Shown piece after piece: positions 29,012 through 41,023 of a DNA stretch of 64,000 bases. The stretch spans positions 39,782,788-39,846,787 of the forward strand of contig CM120640.1 in assembly GCA_051362555.1 (NCBI GenBank), in the 5' to 3' direction. The position numbers and the translations under genes were made by a program. Every line of letters begins with the position of its first letter. Within the stretch, counting starts at the first letter, position 1. Below the pieces are notes generated by a model. It had not been told where the DNA came from. It searched no databases and worked only from the letters and a program-made list of their open reading frames with translations. Source of the DNA: Lingula anatina (taxonomy: Eukaryota; Animalia; Brachiopoda).

Positions 29012-29360
29012 ATGTTTCGTTGCTGCATATTGCGTGTTCCGGCTGTAACACGTTCTTCAAACACGCCGTTCTTAGTTGCACCACAGCTTCGAATTGCAAT
29101 AAAACAGGTAACAATTTAGACAATTCGGATGCAATTGGTACGGAGAAGGTTATTTATGATTTGGGTTTGTTGGAATTTGTAATTTTGTTTTTCAGGATTA
29201 CTTGTTCCATACGCTTTCTGACTGAAAATGAGTGAAATATACGGATTGTTATTTAGCACAAAAAGTCAGACTTGTGAATGTTTATTTGCCCATGGCTGTT
29301 AACTGGACTTACTAGTAATTTATACAAATCGGCGCACTGTACAGTACTACTATAGCACGA

Positions 29361-29406
<46 letters not shown>

Positions 29407-32400
29407 GTATTGCAGATACGGTACCGGTGTAATGCCCGTATTTCACACAGACCACGAATCCCAAGAATGGCCATGAATTGACAAATTTCACGATTTGTGG
29501 TTGAATCGTAATCAGTTAGTGAAGTTCTTAACAGATTCGTATATATTCGTAGTCAGTTCTTGCACTTCTGGACCAACAGGAATTGGTGGCAAAAACTTTG
29601 ATGCCCCTATTTCACACAGACCACGAATCCCACGAATCGCCAGAAATTGAAATTTTCAGGATTTGTGGTTGAATCGTAATCAGTTTGTGAAGTTCTTAAC
29701 AGATTCGTATATAATTGTAGTCAGTTCTTGCAATTCTTGATCAATCAGGAATTTGTGGCAAAAATTTTGAGCTGTTCAAAGTTTTGGCCACCAATTCCCG
29801 ATTCCAAAAAATCGTAGTGAATTTCTGGACAATATTCGTGGGATTCCAGCCGAATCCCACGAATATTCGTAACACTATCGTACCTGTATCGTAACTGAAT
29901 CCTGAGCGTGTCGAATTAGACCAGAAAATTGGCAAAATCTCACGAATCCTCACGAATCCTGAAATTCGTCAATTCCTGGTGATTCGTGGGATTCGTGGTC
30001 TGTGTGAAATAGGGACCTAACGAAACTGAGGGTCTGTGTAACAGAAAGTCCGCCCTCCATTTACTGTAGTTATTATGGTTAGGATTAGGGTTAGCCTGGC
30101 CCAAAATGTAGGGCGAGAACTGCACAAATGAATGGGAAGCAGATTCTCTGTCATACAGTTGGTACACCATGAAATGTGCACCAAAACGTCATCATTGACC
30201 TAAATGGCTTGATTTATTAATTGATTAATTTTATAATGTTGTTTTCCCATAAACAGCCTAGCTATGGAACTTGCAGGTTTTCTACCCTGATGTCAAAACA
30301 ATGCAGATCTTTAAGACAGAGTACACAGGTAATGACAATGTGTGCATGTCAAAATATATATATGCAGAGTATGCAAGTACTGCTGGTGTATATACTTATA
30401 GCTAGTAGATATTCATTAATTACATCACTGACCAGTGCAACTTCTCAGTTTTGTATGTAATCTTTGCTGATATATTAATAAAAATATATTGATGTTTCTT
30501 TTTTCAAACACATTTTAATGTTTACTTGAGATTGATTTCCAGTCACTTATATTAACTACAAGAGTATGTACTTCAACTGTGAATTTTAAATTAATTTTAG
30601 ATTAAGTTAGTTTTAGATTAAATACTGTAAGTTAGTGTTTAAATAAATTAAACATTATTTATTCACCTATTGCAGTTAAGCACTCTTCAGTTTCTAAGGA
30701 GAACTGGAACATCCTCTGTGAACAGTACAGTAAAGCAGGGTCTGGCTGACGGACTGTCAGACAGGGCAAGGAAGGCAGTGGGATGGTGGTTGTTTGGGTG
30801 TGCTGGCATGTGTTTTGGAGCGGTGGCACTGGGAGGGGTCACCAGGTATATGATCTTATATTGTAGGCAGTATTATAACTGTATTTAAGGCTGAAGAATA
30901 GAAGTTATCATACTAGCAGGATCAATCTATATCAGAATGATTCTCACCAAGGCACAGTCAATAATCAGTTAAATTGTCTGTCTGTCTCGCAATATAAAGA
31001 CTTGGGTGAAGTCCGAAAAACTTTGTGGTCCATGATGTTGTTCATGTTGCTTTGTGAGGGGGGTGTTGCCAGACAATTTAGCTGTTTACATTGACTGTGC
31101 CTTAGGGAGAATCCCTGCTCAGATAGGTCAATCATGCTAGTAATATAATATTATTTCTAAACACAGCCTCAAAGTAAAATATCTTTAGCAAAGTTTGATG
31201 AGAAAGTATAGATACTTTGAAGATCAAGCCATATGCTTTTTGATTTCTAAATTATTTAAGACATTTTGTGAATCGAGTGATTAAGAGTAATGGTTTTTTC
31301 AGGCTCACAGAATCTGGTCTGTCCATGGTTGACTGGAAGTTGTTTGGACGGCCACCACCACGGTCCTCTGCTGAGTGGGAAGAAGAGTTCAACAAATACA
31401 AGGCATTTCCAGAGTATCAGTAGTATGTGACAGTTGTGCTTTTGTCCTATATTTATATGAGTGGTATATTGTGTAGAAATTAAATTTTGATATTTTTTAT
31501 TGCAGTGACAGTATTTCTGTTCTAGTAAAATACCCCAACAATTTCCCCTGTAAGATTTAACCAAATTTTTGTTCAAAAAGTATTTAAGTTTTATTCAATT
31601 CAATTCAAATTCAGCCACGTTGCAGAGAAAGGGGAAATGTCTCTTGGTGAGTTCAAATTTATCTGGTTGATGGAGTACACACACCGTATGTGGGGGCGAA
31701 CCATAGGTGTGGTGTTCTTATTGCCTGCAATCTTCTTCTGGAGCAAAGGCTGGATCACAAAACCCATGAAACCCAGGATAGGGATATATGGTGGACTGCT
31801 GCTGTTCCAGGTAATGATTGTGAAGCTCGTCGGAATTTTCCTGCTTATTGGAATTTTGATCATTTCCAGTCATATTGCCCAAATTATAAATCAGAATAGT
31901 TTTAGGAAAAATACAGATATGTGTGTCAATTTTAATATTATTTTGAAAACATTTGATTATGTAGGTCAAGCCAATACTTATAGAATACATCAAAATTTAT
32001 CGATGAGTGAAGTAAACGTGAACTTGGTAGTAACAATCTTATTAATTCTGAAACAGAACATTTATGGCACCGTATGCATTGAAAAATTGAATAAAATGTT
32101 ACATTATATAAGATTCTAAGAACTTGGTATGTTTCTAGGGTCTGCTGGGTTGGTATATGGTGAAGAGTGGACTGAAGGAAAAGAAAGATCCAAACTGGAT
32201 CCCAAGAGTTAGCCAGTACAGACTTGCTTCACATCTGGGGTCAGCCTTCATCCTGTATTCACTGTTTCTGTGGGGATCCCTGTCTCATCTACTTACTCCT
32301 CAGATGGTAAGAAGAAGATTCGCATAAGGGATTGCTCATATTATACTGGAGTTGTAGTTGAATTCTGGGAATAAATTTGTTGAAGAATTTCATCAGCTAT

Positions 32401-34525
32401 GTACTACATACTTTCAGTACAGTTGTTGAAATGAATTTTGCCAGTAGCCAATACTTTGACTGCTTTTGGCCAAACTCCAGCAGGGAATTGGTCTGTAATG
32501 GGTGTCAGTGTTCAACAAAATACTGAAAAGTAGCTGTTTTCTTCACAATCTGTTACCAAAGTAACTTCTATAATATTATGTGAAAGAATTGTAATTACAA
32601 CATATTTTAACATATTAGATGTCACTTTCTGTCTGTGTGTAAGGAAGCATATTTCGCATATAAGGAGGCATATTTTGCTTATTTCAGAAGAAGACATTTA
32701 TGAATGTGTTTAATGAAAAATTCTTTTTTTCATGGACAGGTGTCGGGTGCTATTCCAGGTCTTAGAAAGCTGCAAGGACTGGCCCATGCAAATTTAGCTT
32801 TAATTTTTCTCACAGCAATGTCAGGTTAGTGGAATTTTATCCTCTTTGTTGTCTTAACAATTTTGTGATTTCAATGCACAAAGCGTTTTCATTGTTATTT
32901 ATTAATTTGCAGAAAAAGATCAAATGTGCATGTTTCTCTCAAAAAGTTATAATTAAGTTTCCATTTCTTCATACAGGGGCTTTTGTGGCAGGTTTGGATG
33001 CAGGACTTGTGTACAATTCTTGGCCAAAGATGGCTGACAAATGGATACCAGATGATATTTTGGCTCAAAGTCCAAAATGGAAGAACATTTTTGAAAATGC
33101 AACCACAGTTCAGTTCAATCACAGGCACTTGGTAAGTTCACATCACATAAAAGTTGTCGACAGATTTGGATTCACAAATCTTTTCAGCATGGCAGAGGTC
33201 CTATAACCCCTGAAAATAATAATTATTGTCTTTTGTGAAATATGATATTTTAAGCATTTTTTATCATTCTACACACACCAGTACCTGGGACCCAGTTGGT
33301 AAGTCAAAGTAATTTTATAATTATGTGTGTTTGGGCTCCATTTGAGAAAAGGTATGGTCATTTTTCTACTTACCTCTGTCATTTTGGGAATCAGATCCAC
33401 ATATGCATGTACATTAATTCATATGTTATATTTCATGAGAATGCCATCTAACTTTCATAACAATGCCCAGTATATTTATATGTAGTGCACATGATAATTA
33501 GGAGTTGGCCGTTGCTATGAAGCATTGAAAAACATTGAGGAAGACAGACATATTACTAGATTTAAGGATGAGATATGTGTCAAGCAATGTCTTATACCAT
33601 TTCTGTCTGTCTGACAGGGAGAGCTCACTGCCACTAGCATCACGTTGTTTTGGTTGATGAGCAGAAAAGTCCCCCTTCCACCCAGAGCAAGACTGGCAAT
33701 GAATGCATTGTTTGGAATGGCCATGATACAGGTAAGCTATGGTGTTAATTTTAATGGAGTTTTTTTCAACATGTTCAGTAGCTATCTCAAAATTGTAGTT
33801 AATAGATGGGTTTGGTACTTACATTTATCAAATATGAAGGTCATCTTGTAGTTATAACCACTGTGCTTGCCTGTTAATGTACTGGTACTTATGTACTATA
33901 TTTATCACACTATTCTGTTTATTACAGATGTCTATAGTTGTTACCTTTCTGCTGATTTATGTCACCTATACTTACTACATGCATTCCTATATTCTATTCA
34001 TACAGGTATCTCTAGGTATCACCACACTGCCGATCTATGTCCTGTGTGTTGACTACATGTGTCACTATATTCTGTATATTACAGATTTACCACTATTCTG
34101 ACCTATGCCAAGTATACCTACTACATGTACCAGTGTATATATCCTCTACATTCCAGGTATCTCTAGGTATCACCACTCTGCTGACCTATGTCACATATAC
34201 TTACTACATGTATTGCTATATTCTCTACATTCCAGGTATCTCTAGGCATCACCACTCTGCTGACCTATGTCACATATACTTACTACATGTATCACTATAT
34301 TCTCTACATTCCAGGTATCTCTAGGCATCACCACTCTGCTGACCTATGTCACATATACTTACTACATGTATCACTATATTCTCTACATTCCAGGTATCTC
34401 TAGGCATCACCACTCTGCTGACCTATGTCCCCACACACCTGGCAGCCACACACCAGTCTGGCTCTCTGGTACTACTAAGTATTGGGATCTGGCTCATGCA
34501 GGAACTGAAGAGGCTGCCCAAGTAA
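29012..34525 (+). CDS. COX15: Heme A synthase / cytochrome c oxidase assembly protein COX15, 10 coding exons, ~435 aa
   Basis: Exons 29012-29107 and 30257-30328 (transit-peptide-like, less certain), 30676-30845, 31303-31422, 31615-31810, 32139-32306, 32740-32824, 32977-33131, 33618-33731, 34394-34525. Motifs [75 protein letters not shown]. Confidence 0.95.
29364..29405. repeat. Poly(G) run, ~42 nt
   Basis: Directly visible; homopolymer length may be unreliable. Confidence 0.9.
29433..30017. mobile_element. Harbinger-like MITE with duplicated left end, COX15 intron 1
   Basis: TATTTCACACAGACCACGAATCCC occurs at ~29439 and again at ~29608 (169-bp direct duplication) and inverted at ~29988-30012; TAA flanks at 29430-29432 and 30018-30020. 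Confidence 0.8.
30888..31169. mobile_element. Old degenerate palindromic MITE, COX15 intron 3
   Basis: Inverted arms AGGCTG..TACTAGCAGGAT..GATTCTCACCAAGGCACAGTCAAT..AAATTGTCTG versus CAGACAATTT..ATTGACTGTGCCTTAGGGAGAATC..ATCATGCTAGTA..CAGCCT. Confidence 0.7.
33880..34429 (+). repeat. 79-bp tandem repeat spanning the intron 9/exon 10 junction of COX15
   Basis: Unit TTCTCTACATTCCAG|GTATCTCTAGGCATCACCACTCTGCTGACCTATGTCACATATACTTACTACATGTATCACTATA; exon-like starts at 34157, 34236, 34315, 34394 (79-bp spacing), with more degenerate units at ~33928, 34006 and ~34085. Confidence 0.95.
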
Positions 34526-37500
34526 AAGGTGTATAAAAGACTGCTGGGAGGTTTTATAGTTTGGCCATAAAGGATGATATCAAATGTATGTGTATTTTGT
34601 TTTGAAAAGATATGGTACAGATGACACATTGGCATTATGTTTTTAAAGCATGTTCAAGTGAATCTTTGCTGGAAAACAGTGTTTTTCATCTTACAAGATC
34701 TGTCTACTTGATAAGCCAGTGGTTAAAACAAACATATCAGAATGTGCTGGATGTGCTGATATTTTTCTCTGAAAATATATTAATTCCAAAAGACAGGTAT
34801 CTTTATTATGAATTTTGAATTTGAATGAATGAATTAATCGGAGTAGTCAGATAGATCTGTTTGAATTAGGAGTGATGAACATGCCATTGTGTACATGTTT
34901 GAATTGGTTCAAGCGAGATTTGGCACTGAAACTTTATTGGGAATTAGCTCGTGACCCATCAAAATTCTTTTCTTTTGGTTGTGAGCTGCAATGTGGTATC
35001 TTAATTTTGTTTGCTTGTGATCTGGCAGTGTGGCTCTATTGGTAGTAAGAAGTGTAGCTGTGTGGGTATTGGCTTGCCATGCCACCCAGTGAGATGCAGT
35101 AGGCCTGTAACGTGTATAGCTATATTTGGTGTGGCCGAAGGACTCTGCTTTTGAAGTACTGCAACTGTAAAAGGTTTTAGTTTCTGACCAAGGACATGAA
35201 TTCAAATTGCTTGTGTTATACTTGAGCTTATGCCCTATAGTGTGAGCAGCTAGTTTTTGATATTATGTGTGAAATATGTCATTATTTGATGCATGTTATC
35301 TTTTCTTGAATAATGAATTGTTCCCATGGCGATAAATCTCACATTTTTATTACACATTAAATAAGGCTATTTTTCAGGTGTAAAGTGTTGGTGAATACTT
35401 AAAGGGATAGTAACTCTTCATATGATATCTATATATTCACATTAAAAACATTGTACACAACTCATAGAAATATAATATATTCTGTTTTACCACAAAAATG
35501 GCAGTTATAGCTATTATTCTGATATCTGAGCTTGTCTTCAGATCACGTGACCTCCATTGATGGCTGTACTCTGTTATAATCTCTTAAGAGATTTTAACAA
35601 AAAACCAAACTTTTTAGAAAAAAAACCAGGGACTAACTTTGAATGTAGAAATGGATTTATTAACCATTGGTTAATATGGGAAAATTGTTGTTTACTCCAG
35701 GAAAATTCATTTTTTGGCCAAAATGAAGAATTATTATCCCTTTAATAACCAGTATTTGAATAAAGAAAATGTTAAGTTGTGGTGATACTTTCTGATGATT
35801 GATCTTATTTTTAAGTTTAAAATAAAACTGCTTTTTACTTAAAATTAACTGCAATGTTTGGGAAAAGTGCAGGTCAAGACTGAGGGTCAGCATAATCAGA
35901 TTTTATCATTTACGGACAACTTTGTGTAAAATAACATTTGGTTAAAATGTGCTGGGATGCCTATTGTGTTGAAATGTTTGTCAAATTCTGGTTGGGGCAT
36001 GTTTCGTACATTTTCAAAATATTCTCGCATTTGTTTCTTTGTGTCTTTTAGTTTGTATGTGTGGCAGTTTTGCTGTCTAGTTGACATTGATACGTGCAAA
36101 TTTAAATGTTATTCAGAACATCTTTAGACCATCTTTGTGAAGCTCTCGTCTGACCACTGTAAGTTTTTTTCTGTATTTCAGAGTGCCATGTCAAAAAAAA
36201 AAAAAAAAAAAAAAAAAAAACAACAACAACTCCAGTTCGTGCAAAAAGCATGTTATTATGCTAACCAATAGAAGCACATTACACCAATCATTCACTTTCT
36301 ATCACCTCTTCGCTAATAAAGTTTTATTTCCAGCTTTTAAGATTTTAATAAGAAACTGGCCCCATTAATTTAACTCTGTATGCGAATAAGTCCACATTGT
36401 ACATACTATAGGATCTTAAAAATGCAACGAGCTTGAAAGGCTCCTTTTAAACACACCCTAAAGACTTTATGGCAACTGTGCCTTCATTGTGACAGCCGCA
36501 ATAGCAGACCGAGACATTGATCATGAGCCATGTCAACTATAAATAATTTATAAAACGAGCAGGCCATATTTTTTAAACTGTTCATGCTAGTATGATAACA
36601 AATTCTTCTGAAGCAGTATAAGAATGTCAGCTGTTCTTTAGTTTTATTCACTAATTAATTAGTTTCTTTACTGTCATAGCAATTTTAAGGACCAATATTT
36701 TTATATTTGCTAATCAGATCATTGTCAGTCACATTTAGAACTGTATGGATATATGCGATGGCCGTGAAACTGGTACAACTGTAGTTGTTACAGCACTGCA
36801 AGCCACTATTGTGCGCGTATTGTCAAACACTGATCCAATATGTGGATAATGGAGGGTGACTGCATTTTGGAGGCATCCTGAGAGACTGTGGTTGTTTTCA
36901 TGTCCACTCATAAACTAACACTGATTTTCTGTATATAGGTCCATTTGAAGAAAACAAAATAAAGATATATTCGCGAATTCTACTTTTTCTAAAACTCTGG
37001 CGAGTGAAAGTGATTAAGCTAGCTTTTTATGTAACCGTGCAAACATTTTCCGATTCATGCTTAGCTAGTACGCAGTTGTTGTATTCAGTTAGTTTTGTGT
37101 AATGAAAGTTTTAAAAATAAACATTAAAAAATAACCATTTTGGGTAATATCTGTACGTTTTCAATACTAACAAAAATTAGATTGCGCTAAAGGGGTATAA
37201 TGACCCGTTTATTTTACTGATACAGTTTGTCCTCAACTTCAAGCAATTTGCTTTCTAAGAAAATGCAGTTTTGCCGCGTTACGTGTAAACACTTGACTGT
37301 GCCCTGTCACCATATCTTTAAGCTAATCATGGATGTAACCTAATTTAATGATATAAATATTGCAAAAACATCAAACAACTTAATAGTGACCTGCATCAAA
37401 AGACGTCACGAAGGCCCTTTTTATCAATTTTTAAAAGCATGGCGATATAGATAAAGTAGCCGCGATATATCTATTGTGTTGTTTAAAATAAGCACTCTAG

Positions 37501-37793
37501 ACATTTATTTATTAATTTTTTTATTCATTCATTCATGTGTTTATTTATTTATTTATTTATTTGGGGGCGTGCAAGAACTTAAGAAAAAACAGTGACAGAG
37601 CACAAGTACACAGGATGAACATAATAATACTTGTCTGTCTGTTCAACTAACAACTGAGACTTGACACTGCACTACCGCTTTTAATGACGCATCAGATCGT
37701 GATGTTTTTAACAGACACACTAAGTTGCTTTCATATATTAATGCACCCCAGCCCTACATATGTGACTAGGAGATAAGGGCCCTACCAAGAAGG

Positions 37794-39212
37794 ATGCGGA
37801 TTAGGTAGGTTTTACGTATACTACAGTAATGTTCAAAATATGAAGCGGCCAGTGCTGCGAAAAGAAATGTACCCCTTTAATATTTGAACAAGTAGGTTGT
37901 TTAATCTCATCAAAAACCTTCATATGATTGAATATAGATACACGCTTTGAGTTCCTTGTATAGTTTTTAGGTTCAAAACGTGGAACTACATCAATTCATT
38001 TGCTTACATGTATCAAGGAAGCCGAAATAATCCACCCAAAAAACATATAGCTAAATACCTTTGATACACGTGTCATTTTCAGTATCACGTTTTCAGGAGC
38101 CAAAATGCAATGGCAGTAGGACTACGAGGAAGTGAAAAACATAAAGTTGACAAGACAAAAGAAAAAAGATCAAAACTTTATGCTACAAGTAGTTTATCTT
38201 TATTTACAGGGCATATTCAGTGGTCTTGTTGGTATTCGTCGTTGCCGCAGGCTTGCTTTTGTTACACACTGGCACATTCCTCACAGTCCCTTCGAAGAGC
38301 ATTATCTACACCACCGAAAAAACCAACCAGGGAAATTCCCAACGGCTTGGTATACCAAAAATCATTCACCAGATCTGGCACGACTACAGAGTTCCCCAAA
38401 ATTGCGTTGAATGGATGAAAAGCTGGATGCAGAACCACCCTTCGCCTGAATGGGAATACTGGTTCTGGACCAAAGCCGACTGGGAATATTTGATAAAAAC
38501 ACGATTTCCTAATTTCTACGAACACTATCATGGATTTCAGCGAGAAATATTTCGTGCTGATATCATAAGGCACTTTATTATGTACGAAATAGGCGGTATT
38601 TACGCCGATCTCGATATTATTAATTTGCGCACAATTGACAATTTTATTTTGAATAAGTCATGTGTTCTTTCCCTAGAGCCTTTTGAACATAGCTTCTTTC
38701 TCTATGAAAAACCCGATGGATTGGTCAGCACAGCAATCTTGGCCAGCAGACCTCGTCACCCTTTTTTCAAGACAATAGTTCACGAATACCAGAGACTTTC
38801 CCCTCAGGATGAGAGGACTGAGCCAGACCCCATGGGCGTAACTGGACCTGTGAAGTTTGATAGATTATATCGCGAATATCTCAAGTCCAACACGACACGA
38901 AATGAAGACCGAATATATTTGGCGGATCCCAAATATCTTATGCCAAGTATCGATAAAGGGCGTATATCGGAAATTCAAGTTGCATGTGAAATTTCTAATC
39001 GAAAAGTGACAAGTACCAGTGAAGTTGTACAAACTCAGGAACTTTGTAAATATCTGAAAAAGCATTCCTTTAGGCCCCCTTTACCTTCAACGGCATATTG
39101 TGACCATCTTTGGATCCATACGTATTTAGCTGGGTACCATTCGGGGTACTCTGATGTCCACAATATCGCATCTAATGTCTCTGTGCGAGAAAGATTAAGG
39201 GATTTACTTTAA
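37794..39212 (+). CDS. GT32-family (DXD, OCH1/SUR1/A4GNT-like) glycosyltransferase, type II membrane protein, copy A
   Basis: Inferred short first coding exon 37794-37804 (ATG CGG ATT AG|gtaggt) spliced in phase 2 to 38210-39212, giving MRIRAYSVVLLVFVVAAGLLLL (signal-anchor). Then IPKIIHQIW, RADIIRHFIMYEIGGIYADLD (DXD), HPFF, TGP and HLWIHTY motifs. Confidence 0.88.
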
Positions 39213-40128
39213 AAAGTTTAAAATTAACCATAAGGATAGACAATATTGAATTGATCTTTAAACACCCGATGTCTTTTTGTTCCATAAATTTTCAAAAATC
39301 AAACATGTATAGCATAACCCATTAGAGACACATTCAGTTTTGTAGAAAGAGGTTTTTGCCTATTTCCCACTTAATTATATCTTTAATAAGAAAAGGACCA
39401 TTGACAGAAACAGAAACAAAGAAAAAAGGAAGTTGCACAATTATTGGTGAATATGCTTGTTTTTTTCTTGTCATAATAAGAAGCCGGCTCTTTTTTTCGT
39501 GTTTATTACTTTGAATATCTGTGATCATTACCTTAAACTAGAAAAGCAACAGCCAAATAGCAAACAGCAGCTTGGTCAATTTGACATCTGACGCAATGTA
39601 TATTATATTAACTTGGCTAATGTCTGGATTGCCGATTTTCGACGGAGACTGATGGTATTTGCATACTGATAATTTCGTTTAAGTTTTTGTCTTCATGACT
39701 GTAAATGAGTACATGTATAAATTAATATTAAAATAAGAGGCAGGGAGAACATATAGTGATGACAAAGTTTAAATGTATTTTTTTCAGTGGAAGACGATGA
39801 ATGGAAGGATCCTTTAATGTCAGTTGGTATTTCTCAATCTGCTGAGTTAATTGAACAAATCAATTAGTGTAGAATTTTTTTTCAAAAACTGTACAGATAC
39901 ACACACACACATATATATATAGTAGTAGTAGTAGTATTTATTTCAGTGAAGATATGATATGCAAAATATACGTGTATAATATGAGCAGAGCAAAATCATT
40001 TCCAGCGTAGTGTGCTGCAATATGGCTTTATACTATTTATACTAGACAGCTGTAATAAACATACTCTATATACACTTTAAGACAAAAAATGCCAATTTTG
40101 AAATAATAACGTCTATTTGTGGAAGAGT

Positions 40129-40132
<4 letters not shown>

Positions 40133-40199
<67 letters not shown>
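40133..40199. repeat. (TA)n microsatellite
   Basis: Directly visible. Confidence 0.95.
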
Positions 40200-40200
<1 letters not shown>

Positions 40201-41023
40201 CCTGAGCGGTCTCGTGAGCATACCTCGCTGCATTTCTCGTGCTCCCCAAAAGCCGCTATACAGGATACAGAGACAAAGTTAATCCAAACATTTCCGAAAA
40301 AACTTATCTTGTGACCTCTTTATATTCACATCTTAAGTTACAGCAGCCTTATGCTAAAACGAACTGCGATTAGAAGATTAAAGGGCCCTCTGTACAATCG
40401 CCTTCGAAAAGTTTTGAAGAAAAAAAAAGAGCTCAAGTTGCATCAGGTTGCTAAAAATTAAAACCCTCTCATTGAAAAGTCCGCATTTTTCGAAGACGTT
40501 ACTAAATTCTTCTTCTGATTGCTTTTTATGCCAAAACCGCATTCAAGAACCTCCAATGCGCAATGCAGCTAACAGTAAGTAACACTTGTTTTAATCTCTG
40601 TATTCACCATAGATCAACAGTGCCGAGTTTTAGGTCGCTCTAGGTCGCCATCTTCAATCCAGTTCCCTGCCACAGCCATACAGATAAGTACGCTGTACGA
40701 AGTACCGGAGATCGCGAGAGACTGGTGCATTCTGAAATTTTAACTGAGTATTTAAACCCTTGCTGAATAGCCGAGGGTCCTTGTGAAACTGACAGTGATT
40801 CCGTCCTCCATTAGCTAGATTAGTACAGGCTAAGATCTAATAAACGGATATATAAACGGTATATTAGATCTTAGGTACAGGTTAGGGCTGGCCTGTATAG
40901 ACCAATGGGGACTGGACACTCTATCATTGGGACTCTCTGGTAGAACAGTAATTAATCTGCGTGCTGTTTATACTAGATCCAATTACATGCAAGTATACTA
41001 GTATATTGCTGTTCGAGGGAATC

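Noticed and set aside
29253-29474. Poly-proline ORF (also 46547-46801, 51840-52067)
   Set aside because: Translations of G homopolymer runs.
34037-34536. Several overlapping ORFs with repeated [12 protein letters not shown]; repeat superficially CRISPR-like
   Set aside because: Products of the 79-bp tandem repeat read in shifting frames; the 'spacers' are near-identical and there are no cas genes.
38262-38573. Antisense ORFs conserved at both GT32 loci (also 46013-46294)
   Set aside because: Shadow frames of the near-identical sense coding sequence.
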